Source: Polyangia bacterium
Lineage (GTDB): Bacteria > Myxococcota_A > Polyangia > Fen-1088
Direction: 5' to 3'
NCBI GenBank assembly: GCA_035577105.1
Contig: DATLVT010000603.1
Coordinates: 1 to 40,625 of the forward strand
DNA length: 40,625 bases
The translations under genes and the position numbers were made by a program. The notes beneath the pieces were generated by a model. That model searched no databases and was not told the origin of the DNA. It was given only the letters and a program-made list of their open reading frames with translations. Below, piece by piece: positions 24,891 through 31,197 of the stretch (the stretch's first letter is position 1; each line of letters opens with the position of its first letter).

Positions 24891-26072
24891 TCACGGTTCC
24901 TCGGGTTCGACGGCTTCAAATCCCACGCGCGGGCCAACCGCCGCGCGCGGGTCGTGGTCCGGCGCCAACACGGTGCCGGGGTCACTCATCACCACGAGGT
25001 CGCGCCATTCCGCCGGCGGCTTCACCTTGTGGGCCTTCAGTATCTTTTCCGCCTGCGTGGGGCTGTGCAACTTTGTTACGAAAGCGGCCTGGCCTAGCAG
25101 ATCCTCCATGACCACGCCCGCCGCGACCTCGTCCGCCCAGATCCGCCGGCCGCGCTTGTTGACCAGTTTCCAGCCGGGGATCTCCACGCCCTTGTCGGCC
25201 AGCGCCTTGGCATAGGCCTCGACGCCGGCGACCCACGTTTCCAAAAAACGTGCCCCTGACAGCACGCGCGACAGCTGGTCGAGGGTCAGTTTGGAGGGCA
25301 GCGGCGGGGCCATGGCGTGTTCCGGGTTGGCGACGATGTCGAACTCCACCTGGGCCACGGCGAGCGCCTTGCTCCGCGCCGCCGGGCAGTCGACGGCGGC
25401 GCGGCAGAACGTGCAATGCCCGCCCGGGTTCAGCGGCGCGTCGGGCTTCACCACGGCCTCGGCGAGGTCGAGCAGATCGGCGGCGAGGTCGTGCAACTCG
25501 CCGACCGACAGCGTCACGCTCTGGGGCGGCCCGAGGCGAGGCTGCACCACGACCAGCTCGATCTCGGTGATCTCACTGCCGAGGTCGCGCGGCAGCGACT
25601 GCATGACACCGAGCGCGTAGCCGGCCAGCTGCATGTTCGGCCGCCCGTCGGGCCTGCGGATCGGCACCGGATGCCCGGCACCGGTCTTCAAATCGCAGAC
25701 CCACAGTTTCGGCGGCGCGACCAGCACCACGTCCGCCGTGCCCCAGTAAAGCTCGCTCAGCGCGGTCAGCTGGAACTCGCGCTCGATGTGCATGGCACCA
25801 GGGGCATGCGCGACGGCGGCCGCGCGCACGACGTCGAGGTAGGCCTGCACGATCGCCGCCCCGTCGGCATCGTCGGGGATGTGGTCGATCGCGTCGATGG
25901 CCCGGCTCAGACAATGCGCGGCGACGGCGTGCAGCTCGGTGCCGCGCCGGGCGTAGACGGACGGCGTGTCGGGCCGGCCCTCCTCCATCCGCATCGACCC
26001 GGGACAGGCCACGCGCCGCTCCAGTACCGACATGCCGAGCGGGCTGTGGCCGCGTGCGGCGGTCATGCTCAT
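24891..26072 (-). CDS. PD-(D/E)XK nuclease with Cas4-like 4-Cys cluster (DUF2800 type)
   Basis: GTADVV...VCDLKTG (D...D-x-K core). One N-terminal Cys (RVACPGS) plus C-terminal CTFCRAAVDC (C-x2-C-x5-C). The start is set at the ATGA overlap with the upstream ORF. Confidence 0.8.
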   Translation of the reverse strand: MSMTAARGHSPLGMSVLERRVACPGSMRMEEGRPDTPSVYARRGTELHAVAAHCLSRAIDAIDHIPDDADGAAIVQAYLDVVRAAAVAHAPGAMHIEREFQLTALSELYWGTADVVLVAPPKLWVCDLKTGAGHPVPIRRPDGRPNMQLAGYALGVMQSLPRDLGSEITEIELVVVQPRLGPPQSVTLSVGELHDLAADLLDLAEAVVKPDAPLNPGGHCTFCRAAVDCPAARSKALAVAQVEFDIVANPEHAMAPPLPSKLTLDQLSRVLSGARFLETWVAGVEAYAKALADKGVEIPGWKLVNKRGRRIWADEVAAGVVMEDLLGQAAFVTKLHSPTQAEKILKAHKVKPPAEWRDLVVMSDPGTVLAPDHDPRAAVGPRVGFEAVEPEEP

Positions 26073-26362
26073 GCGCGGCCTCCCCGTTGCGTCAGGTCTT
26101 TGATGATCGACGACCACGTTTGCCGGCGCGCGGTTTCCATGTGGTCGAGAAGCTCGCACATGCCCGGCGGCAGCGCGGCCTTTTCAACCGCCGTCATCAG
26201 CCGCCACCGCTCGGCGCGGCGCACATGGAGCTGGCCGCAGTTCATGCACATCGACACGTCATCCTCTTCCGGCGTGTGTTGCCCCTCCCCGACGACCGGC
26301 GAGGCCGCGTCCATGGCGTAGCCGCAGACCTGGCACGTCCATGTCGGCTCGCGGAACGTCAT
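26069..26362 (-). CDS. Zinc-ribbon protein
   Basis: CQVC...CMNC. ATGA overlap with the upstream ORF defines the start MTFREPTW. Confidence 0.55.
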   Translation of the reverse strand: MTFREPTWTCQVCGYAMDAASPVVGEGQHTPEEDDVSMCMNCGQLHVRRAERWRLMTAVEKAALPPGMCELLDHMETARRQTWSSIIKDLTQRGGRA

Positions 26363-26934
26363 GCCGCGTCCCCCGTGGTGCCCCTGGTGGTTTTGGCGCC
26401 GTACTGATCGAGCGCGGCGCGGGCCGCGCTCTCGATCGCCGGCCAGGTCGTGGCCGGACACTCGGACAGCCGGCGATGGCCGCCGTGCGTCTGCAGCAGA
26501 TCGATCACGCCCTTGACCTGTTTCGGATGCACGGTGCCGACCTTGGACAGCAGCGAGCGCAGGCCAAACTCGGACAGCGGCTCGGGCGCCTCGGTCTTCG
26601 CCTCGGTCTTCGCGGGGGAAGGCGCCGCCGCGCGGGCGGCGCGGGACGATTTCGCGGCCGTCACCGGCACCGGCGGCGGCGTGGTGGAAACGGTGGCGGG
26701 GGCCGGTTCCGGCTCCGCCTCTGGCGTGACCTTGGTCACGACGGTTTCGGCCTGCCGGTGCTGGCCGACATCCACGCTGACCATGGCGCCGGCGATGGCG
26801 TCGGTCACGCGCGGGGTCGCGGCCTCGACCGCGACCGGATCGAGGATCGGCCGCCCCATGGTCCTGGCCAGCAGGGCGAACAGGTCCTCGGCCGAGAGGC
26901 GCAGGTGGATCGTCGCGGTGATTTCATTATCCAT
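26359..26934 (-). CDS. Hypothetical replication-module protein with a central Pro/Ala/Thr-rich linker
   Basis: ORF with good third-position GC. Overlaps the SNF2 gene stop by 8 nt. Confidence 0.6.
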   Translation of the reverse strand: MDNEITATIHLRLSAEDLFALLARTMGRPILDPVAVEAATPRVTDAIAGAMVSVDVGQHRQAETVVTKVTPEAEPEPAPATVSTTPPPVPVTAAKSSRAARAAAPSPAKTEAKTEAPEPLSEFGLRSLLSKVGTVHPKQVKGVIDLLQTHGGHRRLSECPATTWPAIESAARAALDQYGAKTTRGTTGDAA

Positions 26935-28294
26935 TTGTAACGGGTTCTCCGAGTATCTGGTTGATGACGACGCGTTTGCGCGCGACGATCGCGGCGACGC
27001 GTTGATCGACGCTGTCGGCGACCGACAGCAGCGACACGTGTACCGGGCGATACTGCCCGGCGCGCCAGACCCGCGCCACCGCCTGATCGAGCGCGGCCGG
27101 GGTCCAGTCGGACTCCAAAAAGATCACCCTTCGGGCGGCCTGTAGGTTCAGGCCGAAGCCGGCCACGCGCGTGGACGCGAGCAGCACCCTGCACGAGCCG
27201 TCCTGAAACGCCGCCAGGGCGTCGGCCCGGGCGTTGGGCGCGGTATCGCCGACCAGCAGCCGCGCCCCCGCCGACCCCTCCAGGGCGTCGCGCAGCATGT
27301 GCAGCGCGGCGAGGTGGATGCCAAACAGCACGATCCGATCGGTGCCGCCGGCCAGCTCGGCGCGGATCAGCTCCAAAGCGGCGGGGGATTTGGCCAGGGC
27401 GAGGACGCGTCGGGTGGACGCGAGCGGCAGCAGCATCGCCTGCAGCCTTTGCCAGCCGGCTTCGTCGCCGCCCTCGATCTGGGTCAGGACGACGTGCAGC
27501 TCAGCCCGCTGGGCCGGTGTCATGGTTTCCTCGATGGCGCGGCGATCGGCGGCGCGGATCTCGACCGGGACGTGATCGATCAGCAGCGACGGCAGATTGG
27601 CGACGACGTCGGTCAGCCGCAGCCGCGAGGCGCAGCGTTTCAGGATATCGGACAGCTCGCCGGTGTTGCGCGCGCCGACGACGATGGTGCCGAATGTGCG
27701 CTGCACGGTGATGCAATAGCGCTCGATGAAATCCGTCCGGCGCAGCTGGTCGGGGATATGTTGGGGGAACAGGCGCGACAGATGCGGATGCAGTTCGTCG
27801 GGGCTGGACATCACCGGCGTGCCGGTGGCGATCCAGACCCGCTCGCAGCGACGGAACAGCGCGCCCGGGCTGGTGTGCATGGCGCCATAGAATGCCCGCG
27901 TGCGAATGGCGCGGCCGTGCCCGAGCATGTGGCCCTCATCGCACACACAGCTGTCCCAGCGGAGGCGGAACAGCTGCTTCCAGACCGACTCGCGCCGCAT
28001 CATGTCATAGGACACCGCCACCACGTCGGCCGTGTCATCGACGGTGTCGCGACCAGTGCGAAGGATCTGCACCCTGACACCGGGACGCCAGGCGGCGATC
28101 TCGGCGGCGGTCTGGCGCAGCAGGATCGCCGGGCTGAGCCATAGCTGCCGGCCGCCGACGATGCCGCCGGCGACGGCCAGAGCCGCCGTCTTGCCGGTCC
28201 CCATCTCCCACAGCAGCAGCCAGTGGCCGACCACGAGGTCGGTCAGTACCGCCTGCTGATGCGGCCATAACGGGCGAGGCGTGGATCTCACCAC
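26927..28294 (-). CDS. SNF2-family helicase (GTG start)
   Basis: Walker A MGTGKTA, DEGH box (CDEGHML), motif VI QAVARVWRAGQ. Confidence 0.85.
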   Translation of the reverse strand: MVRSTPRPLWPHQQAVLTDLVVGHWLLLWEMGTGKTAALAVAGGIVGGRQLWLSPAILLRQTAAEIAAWRPGVRVQILRTGRDTVDDTADVVAVSYDMMRRESVWKQLFRLRWDSCVCDEGHMLGHGRAIRTRAFYGAMHTSPGALFRRCERVWIATGTPVMSSPDELHPHLSRLFPQHIPDQLRRTDFIERYCITVQRTFGTIVVGARNTGELSDILKRCASRLRLTDVVANLPSLLIDHVPVEIRAADRRAIEETMTPAQRAELHVVLTQIEGGDEAGWQRLQAMLLPLASTRRVLALAKSPAALELIRAELAGGTDRIVLFGIHLAALHMLRDALEGSAGARLLVGDTAPNARADALAAFQDGSCRVLLASTRVAGFGLNLQAARRVIFLESDWTPAALDQAVARVWRAGQYRPVHVSLLSVADSVDQRVAAIVARKRVVINQILGEPVTNG

Positions 28295-28497
28295 GAGTCG
28301 GGGCCGGGCCGGCGGCGGCCTTCGTCCATCATCTCCTCGATCGTCTCTTTCAGGAACAGCACGCGGGTGCCGACGCGAAATGACGGAATTTTCTGGGTGC
28401 GGACCATGGCATAGATCGTGGCCACCGGCAGACCAAACATGGACGCCACTTCCTTCGCGTCCATGGTCACCCTGGCCGGGCTATCGAGGGTCGTCAT
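28288..28497 (-). CDS. Excisionase/AlpA-like (MerR-type) HTH DNA-binding protein, first gene of the leftward operon
   Basis: MDAKEVASMFGLPVATIYAMVRTQKIPSFRVGTRVLFLKETIEEM matches the HTH_17 pattern. GGAG Shine-Dalgarno 7 nt upstream. Confidence 0.75.
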   Translation of the reverse strand: MTTLDSPARVTMDAKEVASMFGLPVATIYAMVRTQKIPSFRVGTRVLFLKETIEEMMDEGRRRPGPDSW

Positions 28498-28526
28498 AGG
28501 TTGCTCCGTGTTATGTCGGGTCGAGG

Positions 28527-28555
28527 TATATGGCAGCCCACCGGGACCAATGCAA
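28527..28555 (-). promoter_or_regulatory. Candidate leftward early promoter
   Basis: On the minus strand: TTGCAT (28555-28550), 17-nt spacer, CATATA (28532-27). The -35 overlaps the 16-bp palindrome at 28552-28567. Confidence 0.45.
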
Positions 28556-28567
28556 CAGCTCTGTTGC
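28552..28567. promoter_or_regulatory. Perfect 16-bp palindrome GCAACAGCTCTGTTGC (candidate operator)
   Basis: Read directly. It overlaps the -35 of the leftward promoter candidate. Confidence 0.4.
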
Positions 28568-28739
28568 GTCAGCCGCTACAGTGTGATCATAATGATACCC
28601 CGTTACGGTAGCCCAATACCACACCCGACAAGGAAACCATTGATATGCCAGATGAAACCGACGTCGCGCTGCAACGCCGCATGCCCCCACGGGCCTCGCG
28701 TCCTGAACGGATTATTTTCGATAAGCCTCACGTTCCCTG

Positions 28740-28768
28740 TTGACATCCCGCCCTCATGTGGGCATATT
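28740..28768 (+). promoter_or_regulatory. Candidate rightward early promoter
   Basis: TTGACA (28740-45), 17-nt spacer, CATATT (28763-68). GCCCTCAT direct repeats at 28750-57 and 28769-76 bracket the -10. Confidence 0.5.
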
Positions 28769-28793
28769 GCCCTCATAGAGACGGAGATAGCAG

Positions 28794-29009
28794 ATGACGA
28801 AAACCTTTCCCGCGATCCTGAACGGCCAGCGGACCACAGCGAAGAAAGTCAACGGCCGGTGGCTCGTCGGCGGCGATGTCGTTCAGGCCGGCGACGTTGT
28901 TTCGATCGCCTGCAAGGTGTGGCGCTCCAGCCGGATCGGCTGGCACACGCTGAAGGGCAGCCGCCTGGTGTTCTCCGACTTCGCCACCGCTGACGAGATG
29001 GAGGGCTGA
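28794..29009 (+). CDS. Early small hypothetical protein (71 aa)
   Basis: GGAG Shine-Dalgarno 7 nt upstream. First gene after the rightward promoter. Confidence 0.6.
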   Translation: MTKTFPAILNGQRTTAKKVNGRWLVGGDVVQAGDVVSIACKVWRSSRIGWHTLKGSRLVFSDFATADEMEG

Positions 29010-29012
29010 GCG

Positions 29013-29204
29013 ATGGTCGAGGTCTGGAAAGTCACCCGGTTCGAACAAGCGGACCGGACGAACAAGACGGTGAACCCCTACACCGGATCGGCCAATCGCG
29101 CGGACCAACGCAAGGTCACGACATGGGCCGCCCGCATCAACGGCAAGACGGTCGACGGTTTCGCCACACGCCGGTCGGCTCTCGCCGCCGCGAAGGGGGG
29201 CTGA
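29013..29204 (+). CDS. Early small hypothetical protein (63 aa)
   Basis: Starts 3 nt after the previous stop. Ordinary amino-acid composition. Confidence 0.55.
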   Translation: MVEVWKVTRFEQADRTNKTVNPYTGSANRADQRKVTTWAARINGKTVDGFATRRSALAAAKGG

Positions 29205-29208
29205 GCGA

Positions 29209-29475
29209 ATGACGAAGCAGGATCACATCGCACGCCTGGCGCATGGGCTACATCAACGCGCAGCGGAAGGGTGCCGCATGACCGCCCCTGAGTTCCGCGC
29301 CGCCCTCGACCAGCTTGGCTGGTCGCAGCGCGGCCTGGCGTTCAGCCTGGGCGTCTCCCACAACACCGTCCACCGTTGGGCGCTCGATCAGGCCCGCGTG
29401 CCAGCCTATGTCGCCGGGTGGCTTGAAGAGATGATCGCCCACATGGCCGACGCGCCACCGCCGCCGGCTTTCTGA
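29209..29475 (+). CDS. XRE/Cro-type HTH transcriptional regulator
   Basis: APEFRAALDQLGWSQRGLAFSLGVSHNTVHRWA is a classic HTH_3-like pattern. Confidence 0.7.
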   Translation: MTKQDHIARLAHGLHQRAAEGCRMTAPEFRAALDQLGWSQRGLAFSLGVSHNTVHRWALDQARVPAYVAGWLEEMIAHMADAPPPPAF

Positions 29476-29497
29476 AAACATAACCGCGCACAAGTTC

Positions 29498-29526
29498 TTG
29501 CATCCTGGCTCGATAGGGCCTATCTG
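29498..29526 (+). promoter_or_regulatory. Candidate internal promoter
   Basis: TTGCAT (29498-503), 17-nt spacer, TATCTG (29521-26), in the 102-bp gap after the HTH gene. Confidence 0.3.
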
Positions 29527-29577
29527 GACTGAACGAGACGAAACCAGACACACCGACAACCTACAGGAACACACGAC

Positions 29578-29760
29578 ATGACCGGTTACCACGCGACCCG
29601 CGAGCAGTGCCTGGCCTTCATCGCCGCATGCAAGGGCGGTTCCGACTATCTGACCGCGAAACCCTACAAGGACCGTCACGGGATGTATCCCGACACCGAC
29701 GACCATGGCGTGTGGCACGAAGAAGCCAGCTACTGGGTTTTCATGACGGAAAGAGAATAA
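29578..29760 (+). CDS. Early small hypothetical protein (60 aa)
   Basis: AGGAA Shine-Dalgarno. Its leader is duplicated before the next gene. Confidence 0.5.
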   Translation: MTGYHATREQCLAFIAACKGGSDYLTAKPYKDRHGMYPDTDDHGVWHEEASYWVFMTERE

Positions 29761-29797
29761 TCCCGACACGCCGACACACCGACAAGGAACACACCCG

Positions 29798-30253
29798 ATG
29801 ACCAAATTCACCCTGGAGATCTACCGGCCGGTCGGCCGGGACGGCGGCGTGGCCTGCCAGCACCGCGAGGTCTTCGACCTCGGGACGGAGCGGGACGCGG
29901 CCATGGTGCTGGTCGCCACCCGCGAGCGGCTGCCGCGTGGCTGGCTCGCCGGCATGACGTTCAGCCGGAACGGCACGCGGACCAACGTGCGGACGCGCGA
30001 TGAGCGCGACCCTGAAACCGACGGGGCACAGCCGATGCGCGCGTCAGCCGTCAAACGGGGACGCGATCCCCGTTTCCCCTACATCCCGGTCGTCGTCCGC
30101 GAGAACGGCACCCACAACACCAACACGAGAAAGGCGTTCACCACGCGGGCCGAGGCGGTCGCGTTCGCGCAGGACTGGATCGACCACGCGCGGAGAGTCC
30201 TGGCCATCGCGGCGGCGCGTCGCGCGGCACGCCACGCGGGGACGGACGCATGA
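29798..30253 (+). CDS. Early hypothetical protein (151 aa)
   Basis: AAGGAA Shine-Dalgarno. Its stop overlaps the next ATG. Confidence 0.6.
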   Translation: MTKFTLEIYRPVGRDGGVACQHREVFDLGTERDAAMVLVATRERLPRGWLAGMTFSRNGTRTNVRTRDERDPETDGAQPMRASAVKRGRDPRFPYIPVVVRENGTHNTNTRKAFTTRAEAVAFAQDWIDHARRVLAIAAARRAARHAGTDA

Positions 30254-30468
30254 GCATCCCCGTCGACGCCGCCGCCGCGCGCCTGATCACCACCGAGGAC
30301 CGTTACGACGCCTCGCGCTGGGTTTTCGCGCTCGACGCCCACGCGGCCATTCTTGAATACAAAGCCGATCACCCCGACGCGGAGTATTCCCTGCGCCAGT
30401 ACGCGGATGACCGTTTCTTTTACGTGATGGTTCTCGGCGCCGGATGGCTGCGCCGCGAGCAGGACTGA
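30250..30468 (+). CDS. Early hypothetical protein (72 aa)
   Basis: ATGA coupling. Confidence 0.55.
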   Translation: MSIPVDAAAARLITTEDRYDASRWVFALDAHAAILEYKADHPDAEYSLRQYADDRFFYVMVLGAGWLRREQD

Positions 30469-30477
30469 GAACGAAAC

Positions 30478-30507
30478 CGCCGCCGGGGCGGCAAGACCCC
30501 GGCGGCG
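30478..30507 (+). terminator. 11-bp GC-rich hairpin (CGCCGCCGGGG, 8-nt loop, CCCCGGCGGCG) without U-tract
   Basis: Read directly, 10 nt after the stop at 30468. Could be an attenuator, a processing site or a weak terminator. Confidence 0.35.
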
Positions 30508-30535
30508 TCAACACACAACACAAGGACCAAGAACC

Positions 30536-30877
30536 ATGAACGACCAGAACATGACTCCAATCGCCACCCTGCCAGCCGACGGCGGCCCCGTCCAGCTGGA
30601 TCTGTTTCCCCGCTTCATCGTGATGACCTCGGCCGCGTCCACGCGTGGCAAATGGTCCGGCAAGTACGCCAACGTGGCGGTGGTCGAAACCGACATGATG
30701 GGGCGGCCAAGGTTCATCGGCGAGAAGGCGCGCCATCTCGTGTCGATCCGCTGGTATGGCGGCGGACTGTTCGTCGGGCGCACCGATCGATGCGAATACC
30801 GGGCCGCGCTGGCGTATGCCAAGACGCTGGCGGCGGAGCTGAACGCGGCCGTCGCGCGCGAGGAGGACCGGACATGA
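30536..30877 (+). CDS. Early hypothetical protein (113 aa)
   Basis: AAGGA Shine-Dalgarno. Good third-position GC. Confidence 0.6.
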   Translation: MNDQNMTPIATLPADGGPVQLDLFPRFIVMTSAASTRGKWSGKYANVAVVETDMMGRPRFIGEKARHLVSIRWYGGGLFVGRTDRCEYRAALAYAKTLAAELNAAVAREEDRT

Positions 30878-31056
30878 CCAAGGCCGAGCTGCTGGCCGCC
30901 ATCGCGGCGGCTCCTGACGACGCGATCGTCTACGTCGTGCCCAACGGCGGGCCCGGTACGTCGAAGGTCAGGGTGAGGGCGGTCGACGAGGACGGCTGGG
31001 GCATCTTCATCGAGGCCCGGGTCTTCCTCATCGATGAAGACGAGGACGAGCCATGA
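30874..31056 (+). CDS. Early small acidic protein (60 aa)
   Basis: ATGA overlap with the previous gene. C-terminal acidic tail IDEDEDEP. Confidence 0.5.
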   Translation: MTKAELLAAIAAAPDDAIVYVVPNGGPGTSKVRVRAVDEDGWGIFIEARVFLIDEDEDEP

Positions 31057-31104
31057 TCGTCCGGTCCTGGGGACAACCCGGGGAATCATGGGGATAACAA
31101 TCAG

Positions 31105-31135
31105 AAAAGCCCACCCGGCCACCGGGTGGGCTTTT
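31105..31135. terminator. Rho-independent, bidirectional-type terminator
   Basis: AAAAGCCCACCCGG, 3-nt loop cca, CCGGGTGGGCTTTT. A perfect 14-bp stem with an A-tract and a T-tract on the two sides. Confidence 0.8.
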
Positions 31136-31197
31136 CGCGTCTCGGTCGGCAGTCTGACGGGAACGAACCCGACTGCCTCTCAACACGGGGATCAGTG

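Noticed and set aside
28288-28497. The excisionase-like HTH, considered as evidence for an integrative module
   Set aside because: No integrase or recombinase is adjacent. The gene heads the replication operon, so it is more likely a transcriptional regulator.
28498-28793. Searched the intergenic regions (this one plus 2308-2586, 33691-33882 and 34797-35138) for tRNA, tmRNA or att-like sequences
   Set aside because: No cloverleaf-compatible arms and no GTTCGAATC-type T-loop were seen by eye. No long direct repeats are shared with the window ends.
29013-30253. Weak FxTRxEA-type motifs (GFATRRSALAAA, AFTTRAEAVAFA), considered as AP2-like DNA-binding domains
   Set aside because: The similarity rests on a few residues only. 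It is too weak to call without a profile search.
31126-31197. ORF-track start of the primase gene at 31126
   Set aside because: It would begin inside the strong terminator hairpin at 31105-31135. ATG 31198, with an upstream GGGGA, is more plausible.
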